DNA of 64,000 nt from an uncultured Aliarcobacter sp. (GTDB lineage: Bacteria > Campylobacterota > Campylobacteria > Campylobacterales > Arcobacteraceae). The stretch is taken from positions 512,001-576,000 of the forward strand of contig OY781945.1 in assembly GCA_963677435.1 (NCBI GenBank). Direction: 5' to 3'. The translations under genes and the position numbers were made by a program. The notes beneath the pieces were generated by a model. That model did not search any database. It was given only the letters and a program-made list of their open reading frames with translations, and had not been told where the DNA came from. Positions 41,261 to 51,624 of the stretch are shown here, piece by piece (the first letter of the stretch is position 1; every line of letters begins with the position of its first letter).

Positions 41261-41614
41261 TTTATATGGAATAACTTCTCTTAATTCCTGCGCCCATAAA
41301 GCCATACCACCAAATAAATGTGCAGTATTTTTATATCCTTGCTCAATTAAAAAATTTCCGATACTTCTTGTTCTATTTGCATGGGCACAAATTAAAATAA
41401 AAGTTTGCTCCTTTGATGTAACAAGTTTTTCAAACTCTTGCATCCAACTTTCTATATCATAATCTCCAAAATCATCAAAAAATGTAATCAAATGAGAATT
41501 TTTTATAATTCCAGTTCTTCTCCACTCTTCTTCTCTTCTAACATCAATCATTACTATATTATCTTCAATCATTTTTTCAACAATTTTTGGCTGTAAATCT
41601 ACTAATTTATTCAT
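41258..41614 (-). CDS. Rhodanese-like protein
   Basis: IDVRREEEW..TGII, LICAHANRT, HLFGGM..W. Confidence 0.88.
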   Translation of the reverse strand: MNKLVDLQPKIVEKMIEDNIVMIDVRREEEWRRTGIIKNSHLITFFDDFGDYDIESWMQEFEKLVTSKEQTFILICAHANRTRSIGNFLIEQGYKNTAHLFGGMALWAQELREVIPYK

Positions 41615-41749
41615 AAAAATCCTTTAATTATAGAATAAATATTAACATAAAACATATAATAAAATCTTATATGAGAAAATCAATGAAAGATTATAAACAA
41701 ACTCTTTACAAATATTAAATATAATAGGAAAAATTAAAAAGGTATATTA

Positions 41750-42118
41750 ATGAAAAAAATAGTTTTAATAATTTTATTAGGTGTAATTAGTCTATTTGCC
41801 TATGAAGAATTAAACATTAATAATTTCGAAGATAAAATAAAAGATAAAAATGTAATTGTAGATTTTTATGCACCTTGGTGTCCTCCTTGTAAAATTCTTG
41901 CGAATAATATAGAAGATTTTGATATTTCAAAACCTGATAATGTTCAAATTTACAAAGTAAATATTGATGATGAGTTAACACTTGCAAAAAAATATGGAGT
42001 TACAAAACTTCCTACTTTAATATATTTTAAAAATGGAAAAGTTGTAAAAAATTATATTGGTGTATTAAGTCCTGAAGAGTTACTTGAAACATCAAAAGAA
42101 AATTTTAAATTAAGATAA
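41750..42118 (+). CDS. Exported thioredoxin
   Basis: Signal peptide, VDFYAPWCPPCK. Confidence 0.88.
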   Translation: MKKIVLIILLGVISLFAYEELNINNFEDKIKDKNVIVDFYAPWCPPCKILANNIEDFDISKPDNVQIYKVNIDDELTLAKKYGVTKLPTLIYFKNGKVVKNYIGVLSPEELLETSKENFKLR

Positions 42119-42122
42119 AATC

Positions 42123-43868
42123 ATGAAAAAAATATTTTTACTATTTATTTGTTCTTTTGTTTATCTATTTTCTTCTGTATTAAATCAATCTTTTTTGGAA
42201 GTAAATGAGGCTTTTAAACCAAGTTTTACAAAAAATGAGAAAGATTTAAATTTTAAATTAGCTCTTGGAAAAGATATCTATTTATATGATGAAAAAATTA
42301 AGATATTTATCTCAAAACCCCAAAAGATTGAAATAACAAAAGAGATAAATATTCCAAAACCTGTAGCATATGAAGAGTTTATTGTGCATTTTGATGATTT
42401 AAATTTGACAATTCCTTATGAGTTATTAAAATCAAAAGTTCAATCATCTGAATATGAAATTGAAGTTAATTATCAAGGTTGTTCAAAAGCTGGACTTTGT
42501 TATGCACCACTTAGTGAAAAGTTTTTACTGACTTTAGATTCAACAAGTCCAAAAGAAGTTGAAGCTAAAAAAGAGGTAACTCCTGCGGTTGCTTTAAATG
42601 AGACGGATTCAATAGCAAATAGCTTAAAAGATGGAAGTTTATTGTTAATTTTAGCAACTTTTTTTGGTTTTGGATTATTGCTTTCTTTAACACCTTGTGT
42701 TTTTCCTATGATTCCTATTTTATCATCTATTATTGTGGGAGCTTCTCAAAAAGAGAGTATGACTGCTAGTCGAGGATTTTTCTTATCTTTAGTTTATGTG
42801 CTTTCAATGAGTGCTGCTTACACAATAGCAGGTGTAATAGCAGGTGTTTTTGGAGCAAACTTACAAGTGGCTCTTCAAAATCCTTATGTTTTAGTAGCTT
42901 TTGCTTTAGTATTTGTGGCTCTTGCTTTTTCTATGTTTGGATATTTTGAGATTAGACTTCCACAAGCTATACAAAACAAAGTAAATAAAACAACAGATGG
43001 AAAAGAGAAACAAGGTTTAGTTGGAATTGCTATTATGGGATTCTTATCAGCTTTAATTGTTGGCCCTTGTGTTGCTCCTCCACTTGCTGGTGCTTTAGTT
43101 TATATCGGACAAACAGGCGATGCTTTTTTAGGTGGAATGGCCTTATTTGTAATGAGTTTAGGAATGGGAGTTCCATTATTACTTATTGGACTTGGTGCTG
43201 GAAGATTCATGCCAAAACCTGGTGGTTGGATGGAAGGAATCACAAGAATTTTTGGAATTGTAATGTTAGGTGTTGCTATTTGGCTTCTTGATAGAGTTTT
43301 AGATGCAAATGTTATTATGTATTTATGGGCATTATTGCTTCTTGGAAGTGCGATTCATTTAAAAATCTATCAACATATAATTGCTCAATTAATTACTCTA
43401 GTGATTTTTCTTTTAGGAGTTCTTTTATTTGTAGGAGCTGTAAGTGGTGCTACAAATCCATTAAATCCTTTAGAAAAATTCACCTCTTCAACAGTGATAC
43501 AATCTTCGAGTGAAAAACTTGTATTTAAAAAAATAAAAAATATTGAAGAGTTAAATCAAGCTATAAAAGATTCAGATAAACCTGTACTTTTAGATTTCTG
43601 GGCTTCTTGGTGTGTAGCTTGTAAAGAGTTTGAAGAGATAACATTTAAAGACGAAAATGTTATTAAAAAACTTCAAAACTTTACACTTTTACAAGCTGAT
43701 GTTACAGCTAATAATGATGAAGATAAAGCTTTACAAAAAATGTTTAATATAATAGGACCTCCAGGAATTATTTTTTGGAATAAAGATAAAAAAGAAGTTA
43801 ACTCTTCAAAAATAGTTGGATATAAAGATCCAAAAGATTTCTTAGAAATACTAAATAAAAACTTTTAA
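42123..43868 (+). CDS. dsbD: Thiol:disulfide interchange protein
   Basis: YQGCSKAGLCYAP, LTPCVFPMIP, GPCVAPPL, WCVACKEF. Confidence 0.95.
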   Translation: MKKIFLLFICSFVYLFSSVLNQSFLEVNEAFKPSFTKNEKDLNFKLALGKDIYLYDEKIKIFISKPQKIEITKEINIPKPVAYEEFIVHFDDLNLTIPYELLKSKVQSSEYEIEVNYQGCSKAGLCYAPLSEKFLLTLDSTSPKEVEAKKEVTPAVALNETDSIANSLKDGSLLLILATFFGFGLLLSLTPCVFPMIPILSSIIVGASQKESMTASRGFFLSLVYVLSMSAAYTIAGVIAGVFGANLQVALQNPYVLVAFALVFVALAFSMFGYFEIRLPQAIQNKVNKTTDGKEKQGLVGIAIMGFLSALIVGPCVAPPLAGALVYIGQTGDAFLGGMALFVMSLGMGVPLLLIGLGAGRFMPKPGGWMEGITRIFGIVMLGVAIWLLDRVLDANVIMYLWALLLLGSAIHLKIYQHIIAQLITLVIFLLGVLLFVGAVSGATNPLNPLEKFTSSTVIQSSSEKLVFKKIKNIEELNQAIKDSDKPVLLDFWASWCVACKEFEEITFKDENVIKKLQNFTLLQADVTANNDEDKALQKMFNIIGPPGIIFWNKDKKEVNSSKIVGYKDPKDFLEILNKNF

Positions 43869-43892
43869 AAGAGGGATTTCCCTCTTTTAAAA
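43863..43892 (+). terminator. Intrinsic terminator after dsbD
   Basis: TTTTAAAAGAGGG-ATTT-CCCTCTTTTAAAA. Confidence 0.8.
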
Positions 43893-43938
43893 AGCTTCTT
43901 CTAATTTTCTATTAACTTTAATTAAGTATTATGTAGGA

Positions 43939-45027
43939 ATGTTAAAATTTAATTTATTTCCCACTTTTTTTATAATCACCCTTATTTTCAACCATCTTAA
44001 TGCAAAAGAAACAAATAATCCAAATTTACTAATTAAAAATAATGACTTTAAATGGATTAATTTAGATAATGAAAATGCAGAATTTAAGATGGAAAAAAAA
44101 CAAGAATCATTTAATTATGCAATTAAATCAAAATTAGGAAAATATGGATATGAAGATTTAGATTTTACTGATAGTTATGAAACAACTCTTTATAATGAAG
44201 ACTTTTATAAATTCATTTTTTCAAGTAATATATATTTATATGATGATATTTGGATAAATATCGATATAAATTATAAAGATTCTTTACGAAATATGCTTGA
44301 TACAACTGGAAATTTGGCTTATAAAAAAAAGAGTATCAAACAAGATTCTGTTCTTAAATTATTTTATAAACCTAACTCTATAATCACTTCAAATTTAAGT
44401 TTTGAAAATGTAAATAATAGTCTTGATTATGATAAGTTTACATATAAAAGTTATAACAATAGTAATAACAATAAATTAAGTTTAAATCTAAATACAAAAT
44501 TTGATTTTATAACAATCAATAGCTCTTTCTTTCAAATAATTAAAGAGAATAATTATTCATATAGAACTACTGATTCAGATGATTATTTAAAAACCACACA
44601 AGAACTATATAGAGGTATAGAATTATCTTTATCAAAAGAACTTTTTGATGATTTTAAAGTTACAACTAGTGGAAAAGTAACTGATGTAGTAATTTCAGAT
44701 AGTAATGTATCAACTCTTGTTGGCAAAACACCAACTTATGTTCCAAAAAAAGAGTTAAATCTAAAGGCTGAATATTTATTCAAAGATATAAAATTTGCTA
44801 GTAAAGTTACTCATGTTGGTGATAGATATAGCGATAGTTTAAATAATGAAAAATTAAAAAGCTACACTATTGAAAGTGTTGGAGCTACATTTTTTACCCA
44901 ACTAAATAAAGAAGATGTAAAAATTGAATTAAATATCAAAAATATTTTGAATAAACAATATTATATCTATTCTGATACTCAAGGTGATGCAAGAAATTAT
45001 ATGATGAATATTTCTATGAAATTTTAG
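43939..45027 (+). CDS. Short TonB-dependent-receptor-like outer membrane beta-barrel protein
   Basis: Signal peptide, RGIEL, HVGDRY, NIKNILNKQY, terminal F (RNYMMNISMKF), only 362 aa. Confidence 0.7.
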   Translation: MLKFNLFPTFFIITLIFNHLNAKETNNPNLLIKNNDFKWINLDNENAEFKMEKKQESFNYAIKSKLGKYGYEDLDFTDSYETTLYNEDFYKFIFSSNIYLYDDIWINIDINYKDSLRNMLDTTGNLAYKKKSIKQDSVLKLFYKPNSIITSNLSFENVNNSLDYDKFTYKSYNNSNNNKLSLNLNTKFDFITINSSFFQIIKENNYSYRTTDSDDYLKTTQELYRGIELSLSKELFDDFKVTTSGKVTDVVISDSNVSTLVGKTPTYVPKKELNLKAEYLFKDIKFASKVTHVGDRYSDSLNNEKLKSYTIESVGATFFTQLNKEDVKIELNIKNILNKQYYIYSDTQGDARNYMMNISMKF

Positions 45028-45092
45028 AAATAAATAACATTTTTTTACCTAAATTAAATCAAATTTATCTATAATAAAAATTTAGGATTATT

Positions 45093-45842
45093 ATGGATTT
45101 AAACCTTGACTTTTTAACTGTTTTTTTAATAATACTTTTTTTCTCCTCATTAATTCATGGAAGTATTGGTTTTGGTTTTCCAATGATTGCCACACCTCTT
45201 TTAGCTATGGTTACCGATGTTAAAACAGCTATTGTTTATATTGCAATTCCCACACTTTTGATTAATGTTGTAAGTATATATAGTGAAGGAAACTTTTTAC
45301 AAGCTATAAAAAGATTTTATCCTTTGGCACTTATAGGAATGTTAGGAAGTGCAATTGGTACGCAAATTTTAATATATAGCAATTCTGAGTTATTTAAACT
45401 TTTATTAGCTTTTTCAATACTTTTATATCTTTTTATTCAAAAATTTAGAATAGAGATGAAATGGATACTTCAGAAAAAAAGATTATCAATGGTAGTTTTT
45501 GGATTTATTGCTGGATTAATTGGTGGTTTAACCAATGTAATGGCTTCTATTTTAATAATCTATTCATTGGAATCAAAACACACAAAAAAAGAGATAATAC
45601 AATCAACAAATTTATGTTTTTTATTTGGTAAAATCATTCAAATAGTTCTTTTTACACTTCATGGTGCATTTACTCAAGAGATAGTAACAACTTCTTTTAT
45701 TAGTCTATTTTTTGCTGCATTTGCTATGTTTGTGGGTTTGAAAATTAAAAATTTAATTCCTCAAGAGAGTTATAGGAAAATGATAAAAATAATTTTATTT
45801 TTAATGGCTTCTGTTTTAATTTATCAAACTATTAAATTTTAA
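45093..45842 (+). CDS. TauE/SafE family membrane protein
   Basis: HGSIGFGFPMIATPLL, duplicated 4-TM architecture. Confidence 0.8.
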   Translation: MDLNLDFLTVFLIILFFSSLIHGSIGFGFPMIATPLLAMVTDVKTAIVYIAIPTLLINVVSIYSEGNFLQAIKRFYPLALIGMLGSAIGTQILIYSNSELFKLLLAFSILLYLFIQKFRIEMKWILQKKRLSMVVFGFIAGLIGGLTNVMASILIIYSLESKHTKKEIIQSTNLCFLFGKIIQIVLFTLHGAFTQEIVTTSFISLFFAAFAMFVGLKIKNLIPQESYRKMIKIILFLMASVLIYQTIKF

Positions 45843-47275
45843 TTATTCCAAATCAGATTTTTCTCTTTTGGTTCAGCATATAAATAACCTTGTGAATAAT
45901 CTATATCTAAATTTGTAATTAATTCAGCTAATTCAACATTATCTACAAACTCAGCGATAGTTTTGATATTATTTATTTTGGCAAATTCAACTATTAGTTT
46001 GATTAGGTTTATATTCGCTTGGTTATTAATCAAATTTTGAATTAAACTACCATCTATTTTTATGTAATCAGGTTTGAGCTTTAATATATTATTCCAGTTT
46101 GAATAACCTGTTCCAAAATCGTCAAGGGCAATTTTTGTACCAAATTTTCTTACTTTTTGTGTAAAGTCTAATAAAAAATCATAATTTTCTATATTTTCTG
46201 TTTCCAAAAATTCAATAGTTAATCGTTTTGCTACATCAGGATATAGATTAAGCATTTTAAAGATATATTCATTTGTAGTTATATTTATAATGTCAATATA
46301 AGATAAATTTATTGAGAATTCATCTGTTATATTCTCAAAATCTTCAAATGTTTGTTGAATGATATTTTTTGTAATTTTATGATAAATTTTGAATTTCTTT
46401 GCAACATCAATAAATTCCCAAGGGCTTATTAAATGCTCTTTTTGTTTTATTCTAACTAATGATTCATATTTATAAGTAGATTTCTTTTTATTATCATAAA
46501 TGGCTTGATAAACAGGAATAACTTTTTTTTCTTTAAAACCTTTTTCTAAAATTTGAAGCATTTTTAGAGAATCAGATTCTAAATTACTATTTTCAGTATA
46601 TTTATAAATACTTTTATGAATAGAATTTCTAGCAAATCGCAATGCGGATAATGCTGTTAAATATTTTGGTGCTGTATCAGAATATGAAATATTTAGATGA
46701 ATTGTAAATTTATATTTATCTAAAATAAAAATCTTTGATTCAAATTGTATTTTGATTTTTTTTAATAAATTGTGAATATCTAAGTCATTACTATAAAATG
46801 CAAACTCATCCCCATAAATCCTAAAAATAGGTTCATTTATGTTCTGCTTTATTATCTTTTGAAGTTCATTTGATACTTGAATTAATAATTTATCTGCTTT
46901 TTTAAATCCTAGATATTTATTAAAAACAGAAAAATCTATTATGTTTAATAAAATAACATATTTATATTCATTTTCATCATATTTTAAAAAAGCGTTTCTA
47001 TTTTCTAGTTTGGTAAGAGAATCAATCTCATTTAGAGTAATAAGCTCTTTTTTTGTTTTTTCTAATTCTTTAAATTTTTTAAGTGAATAAATTGATAAGG
47101 CTAATAATACAGATATAAAAACCATAAAAAGTTCATCTAATTGATACTCTTCATTTGAACGAGTGATTTCATAAATCAATTCAAATATATTTAAATTAAT
47201 CAGAATAGGAGAAATGATTATTACAGATAAAATAAGAATTATTTCATCAATATTTTTTTTTATTAGTGTGTTCAT
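45839..47275 (-). CDS. Membrane GGDEF(degenerate)-EAL protein
   Basis: DSLTKLENR, FRIYGDEF, YESLVR, LDDFGTGYS, SQGY. Confidence 0.88.
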   Translation of the reverse strand: MNTLIKKNIDEIILILSVIIISPILINLNIFELIYEITRSNEEYQLDELFMVFISVLLALSIYSLKKFKELEKTKKELITLNEIDSLTKLENRNAFLKYDENEYKYVILLNIIDFSVFNKYLGFKKADKLLIQVSNELQKIIKQNINEPIFRIYGDEFAFYSNDLDIHNLLKKIKIQFESKIFILDKYKFTIHLNISYSDTAPKYLTALSALRFARNSIHKSIYKYTENSNLESDSLKMLQILEKGFKEKKVIPVYQAIYDNKKKSTYKYESLVRIKQKEHLISPWEFIDVAKKFKIYHKITKNIIQQTFEDFENITDEFSINLSYIDIINITTNEYIFKMLNLYPDVAKRLTIEFLETENIENYDFLLDFTQKVRKFGTKIALDDFGTGYSNWNNILKLKPDYIKIDGSLIQNLINNQANINLIKLIVEFAKINNIKTIAEFVDNVELAELITNLDIDYSQGYLYAEPKEKNLIWNN

Positions 47276-47441
47276 CTGTACCTTATATAGGGAAAATAGG
47301 ATTTTTAGAGTATACAGTAAAAACTATAAGAAATTATTTACTAATTGTATTAAAAATAATAATTTTATTTCAATATAGTAATCATATTTTTTTTAATCTT
47401 CAAATTTATATTAAAAAGTCTTTTTTATGTCCTTTGGTAAG

Positions 47442-47483
47442 TGTTACAATTCAATTAGTCATTAATATGAATGACTATTCATA
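47442..47483 (+). promoter_or_regulatory. Extended -10 (TGtTACAAT) and overlapping inverted repeats upstream of hydA
   Basis: TAGTCATT-N6-AATGACTA (47456-47477) and TATGAAT-GACT-ATTCATA (47466-47483). Confidence 0.55.
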
Positions 47484-47499
47484 AAAATAAGGATTTATT

Positions 47500-48657
47500 T
47501 TGAACAGAGATTTATTTGAAAAATTAACAAACAGATTATCAGAGATAGAAAAACTTCCAAAATTGGAAAAAGAAAAAACTATATCTTTAGAATTAGATAA
47601 AAAAGGTGTCACAAGAAGAGATTTTATGAAATGGGCAGGAAGTATAACAACTATGCTAATGCTACCAATGTCATTTACTCCTCTTGTTGCAAAAGCTGCT
47701 GAACTTGCAGATAGATTACCAATAATTTGGCTTCATATGGCTGAGTGTACAGGTTGTAGTGAATCTTTATTACGAACTGATTCTCCAAGTATTGATGCAC
47801 TAATATTTGATTATATCTCTTTAGAATATCATGAAACTTTAATGGCAGCTGCTGGTTGGCAAGCTGAATATACTCTTGAAGAAGCAATCAAAAAACATAA
47901 AGGTCGATATATCTTAATGGTAGAAGGTGGGATTCCATATGGAGAAAATGCTCACTTTTTAACTGTTGGTGGCCAAGGGAAAACTGGAGAAGAAAATGCA
48001 AAAGAAGCAGCAGAACATGCAGCTGCAATTTTCGCAATTGGAACTTGCTCTTCTTATGGTGGAGTTCAAGCTGCTATTCCTAATCCAACAGGTGCTGTTG
48101 CACTTTCTAAAGTTACAAATAAAACTGTTATAAATGTTCCTGGTTGTCCACCAAGTGAAAAAAATATAGTAGGTAGTCTTATTTACTATATTCTTTATGG
48201 AAATCTTCCTGCTCTTGATAATTATAATAGACCAAAATGGGCTTATGGAACAAGAATTCATGATGCTTGTGAAAGAAGAGGTCACTTTGATGCAGGAGAA
48301 TTTGTTGAAGAATTTGGAGATGAAGGTGCTAAAAAAGGTTACTGCTTATATAAAGTAGGATGTAAAGGTCCTTATACTTTTAATAACTGCTCAAAAAATA
48401 AATTTAATTCTCATACTTCTTGGCCAATTCAAGCTGGACATGGTTGTATTGGATGTAGTGAACCTGGTTTTTGGGATACGATGGGACCATTTGAAGAACC
48501 TGTTGCAAATAGATTATATGACACAGTATTTAAAGGTTTAGGTGCAGATGCAACAGCTGATAAAATTGGTGTTGGATTATTAACAGTAACAGGTATTGGA
48601 ATTGCAGTTCATGCTGCTATTTCAAAATATAAAAATCCAAAAGATGGGCAGGAGTAA
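47500..48657 (+). CDS. hydA: [NiFe]-hydrogenase small subunit (Tat signal, C-terminal TM anchor)
   Basis: TRRDFMK, AECTGCSES, GCPP, GCKGP, HGCIGC. Confidence 0.95.
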   Translation: MNRDLFEKLTNRLSEIEKLPKLEKEKTISLELDKKGVTRRDFMKWAGSITTMLMLPMSFTPLVAKAAELADRLPIIWLHMAECTGCSESLLRTDSPSIDALIFDYISLEYHETLMAAAGWQAEYTLEEAIKKHKGRYILMVEGGIPYGENAHFLTVGGQGKTGEENAKEAAEHAAAIFAIGTCSSYGGVQAAIPNPTGAVALSKVTNKTVINVPGCPPSEKNIVGSLIYYILYGNLPALDNYNRPKWAYGTRIHDACERRGHFDAGEFVEEFGDEGAKKGYCLYKVGCKGPYTFNNCSKNKFNSHTSWPIQAGHGCIGCSEPGFWDTMGPFEEPVANRLYDTVFKGLGADATADKIGVGLLTVTGIGIAVHAAISKYKNPKDGQE

Positions 48658-48660
48658 ATT

Positions 48661-50391
48661 ATGTCAAATCAAAGAGTAGTAATAGATCCAATCACAAGGA
48701 TTGAAGGACATTTAAGAATAGAAGTTGAAGTTGATGAACATAATGTAATCCAAAAAGCTTACTCAAGTGCAACTTTATGGAGAGGTTTAGAAACTATTGT
48801 AAAAAATAGAGACCCAAGAGATGCTGGTTTTTTAATGCAAAGAATTTGTGGAGTTTGTACTTTCTCTCATTATAGAGCAGGAATTGAAGCTGTTGAAGAT
48901 GCACTTGGAATTGTACCTCCTTTAAATGCAAAATTAACAAGATCTTTGATGAATCAAGCTTTGTTTATGCATGACCATGTTGTACATTTTTATCATCTTC
49001 ATGGGCTTGATTGGGTTGATGTTGTTTCTGCTTTAGATGCTGATGAAGCAAAAGCTTCAAAAGAGGCATTTAAATATAGTGAACTTCCAATTGCAACAGG
49101 TGAGAATGATTTAAAAAAAGTAAAACTAAGAGTTAAAGAGTTTGTACAAAGGGGACAATTAGGCCCTTTTGCAAATGCTTATTGGGGACATAAATCATAT
49201 AGATTTTCTCCTGAACAAAACTTAATACTTTTAAGTCACTATTTAAAAGCTTTAGAAGTACAAAGAGATTTAGCAAAACTAATGGCAATCTTTGGAGGAA
49301 AACAACCTCACCCACAAAGTTTAACTGTTGGTGGAGTTACTTGTGTAATGGATTTATTAGATCCAACTCGAATGGCTGAGTATTTAACTTTATATAAAAA
49401 AGGTGTTGAGTTTATTGAAAATGCTTATCAAGCAGATGTAATTATGGCAGCAAGTGTATATAAAAATGAAGCTTCTGTTACTCAACCAGCAGGTGTAATG
49501 AATTTTATGTCTCATAGAGAAATGCAATTAAATAGAAATGATTTTTTGTTTGATAGTGGAATTATTTATAATGCAGATTTGTCAAAAGTATTTGATATAA
49601 ATGAAGATTTAATTACAGAAGAAGCAACTCACTCTTGGTATAAAGATAATGAACCTTTACACCCTTATGATGGAAAAACAAATCCTGAATATACAGGATT
49701 AATAGATGCAAAAACAATTGGAATGAATGGAAAAGAAGTTGATTCAAAAATTGTAGATGAAAAAGCAAAATACTCTTGGATTAAATCTCCAAGATATGAT
49801 GGAAAAGCTATGGAAGTAGGTCCACTTGCATGTATTTTAATCTCTTATGCAAAAGGAAATAAAAAAATAGTTCCTTTAGTGGATGATTTCTTAGCTAAAA
49901 CAAATCTTCCAAAAGCTGCACTATTTACAGCTCTTGGAAGAACGGCTGCAAGAATGATTCAAGCAAGAGCAATAAGCAAATATGGTTTAGAGGCTTTTTA
50001 TACTTTAATTGAAAATTTAAAAGTTGATCAAGAAACTTATACTTCTTATAAAATTGATAAAGATAAAGAATACAAAGGTAGATTCATAGGTGATGTTCCA
50101 AGGGGAATGTTGAGTCACTGGATTAGAATCAAAAATGGTGTAGTTGAAAATTATCAAGCTGTAGTTCCATCAACTTGGAATGCAGGACCTATGGATTCCA
50201 AAGGACAATTAGGCCCTTATGAAGCTAGTTTAGTAGGATTAAAAGTTGCAGATATATCTCAACCTTTAGAAATCATTAGAATTATTCATAGTTTCGATCC
50301 ATGTATTGCTTGTGCTGTTCATGTTATGGATAAAAAAGGTAATGATTTAGGTGTTTATAGAATTGACCCTAATTATGGAACATCTTGTTAA
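48661..50391 (+). CDS. hydB: [NiFe]-hydrogenase large subunit (group 1)
   Basis: DPITRIEGH, RICGVC, SFDPCIACAVH plus cleavable tail. Confidence 0.96.
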   Translation: MSNQRVVIDPITRIEGHLRIEVEVDEHNVIQKAYSSATLWRGLETIVKNRDPRDAGFLMQRICGVCTFSHYRAGIEAVEDALGIVPPLNAKLTRSLMNQALFMHDHVVHFYHLHGLDWVDVVSALDADEAKASKEAFKYSELPIATGENDLKKVKLRVKEFVQRGQLGPFANAYWGHKSYRFSPEQNLILLSHYLKALEVQRDLAKLMAIFGGKQPHPQSLTVGGVTCVMDLLDPTRMAEYLTLYKKGVEFIENAYQADVIMAASVYKNEASVTQPAGVMNFMSHREMQLNRNDFLFDSGIIYNADLSKVFDINEDLITEEATHSWYKDNEPLHPYDGKTNPEYTGLIDAKTIGMNGKEVDSKIVDEKAKYSWIKSPRYDGKAMEVGPLACILISYAKGNKKIVPLVDDFLAKTNLPKAALFTALGRTAARMIQARAISKYGLEAFYTLIENLKVDQETYTSYKIDKDKEYKGRFIGDVPRGMLSHWIRIKNGVVENYQAVVPSTWNAGPMDSKGQLGPYEASLVGLKVADISQPLEIIRIIHSFDPCIACAVHVMDKKGNDLGVYRIDPNYGTSC

Positions 50392-50401
50392 GGAGATAAT
50401 T

Positions 50402-51070
50402 ATGATTAAAAAACATTATGAATTTTCTTTATGGTTACGACTTACACATTGGATTAGAGTCCTTGCAATTATAATTCTTACATTTACAGGATTTTATATT
50501 GCAGTTCCTTTTATTGCACCTGCTTTGAATATGGATGAACCAAATAATTATCTATATGCTTTAATGAGAAGTTGGCATATTATTTTTGGATTTTTATTAA
50601 TAGCTGCAACTATTGGAAAATTTTATCTATTTATTTTTGATAAACAAAGTAAAGTTGAAAGGGCATCTTTTTGGGATTTTATCTCTCCTAAAATGTGGTT
50701 TAAACAAATAAAATATTATCTATTAATAGGTTCTCATGTTCCATTAAAAGGGGTATATAATCCTTTGCAATTTATGGCTTACACTGGAATATTTGTAGCA
50801 CTTTTAGTGATTTGTATTACAGGTTTGATTTTACATATAAATGTTTACCATGAAGGATTGGGTGGACTTTTATATGAAGTGCTAAAACCTTTAGAAGTTA
50901 TATTAGGTGGTTTAGCAGTTGTACGGGAAATACATCATATTTGTATGTGGGTTTTCTTAATATTTTTACCTATTCATATCTATCTTGTTATCTTCAATTC
51001 AGTTTATGGAAAAAGTGGAGATATGGATTCTATTATCTCTGGTTATAAATGGAAAGAGGAAAAAGAATGA
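50402..51070 (+). CDS. hydC: Hydrogenase b-type cytochrome subunit
   Basis: RLTHW, SWH, YNPLQ, HH..HIY heme His residues. ATG 50402 with AAGGAG RBS. Confidence 0.93.
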   Translation: MIKKHYEFSLWLRLTHWIRVLAIIILTFTGFYIAVPFIAPALNMDEPNNYLYALMRSWHIIFGFLLIAATIGKFYLFIFDKQSKVERASFWDFISPKMWFKQIKYYLLIGSHVPLKGVYNPLQFMAYTGIFVALLVICITGLILHINVYHEGLGGLLYEVLKPLEVILGGLAVVREIHHICMWVFLIFLPIHIYLVIFNSVYGKSGDMDSIISGYKWKEEKE

Positions 51071-51624
51071 ATATTTTAATTTTAGGAATAGGAAATATTT
51101 TATTTCAAGATGAAGGAATAGGTGTTCATTTTATTCATTATATAGATGAAAAATATGAATTTTCATCATCAACATCAACTGTTACAATAATAGATGGAGG
51201 GACTTTAGCTCAAAGATTAATTCCTGAAATTATTAAATATGACAAATTAATTGTGATTGATTGTATTGATGCTTTGGACTCAAAAGCAGGAGATGTGTAC
51301 TTTTTTGATTATAAAAAAACACCATCTTATATAAATTGGCAAGGAAGTGCCCATGAAGTTGAAATGCTTCAAACACTAAATATGATTGATATGAATAAAG
51401 ATTTACCTCAAACAGATGTTTTAGGTGTAATTCCAAAAAGAGTAGCTAGTGAAACTACATTTGAATTAAGTGAAGAAATAATAAATTCCATAGTTCCAAT
51501 GGAGAAAACAATTATAAATTATTTAAAAGAGCAAGGCATAGAATCAATAGTTGTAAATAAAAATGTAACTATAAAAGATATAGCTCAAGTATCTTTTAAA
51601 AGAGATATAAAAAATATAAATTAG
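51067..51624 (+). CDS. hydD: Hydrogenase maturation protease
   Basis: ILGIGNILFQDEGIG, DGGT, SAHE. Confidence 0.93.
   Translation: MNILILGIGNILFQDEGIGVHFIHYIDEKYEFSSSTSTVTIIDGGTLAQRLIPEIIKYDKLIVIDCIDALDSKAGDVYFFDYKKTPSYINWQGSAHEVEMLQTLNMIDMNKDLPQTDVLGVIPKRVASETTFELSEEIINSIVPMEKTIINYLKEQGIESIVVNKNVTIKDIAQVSFKRDIKNIN

Noticed and set aside
48661..50391. Possible selenocysteine [NiFeSe] hydrogenase
   Set aside because: The C-terminal motif is DPCIAC with normal Cys codons and there is no in-frame TGA.
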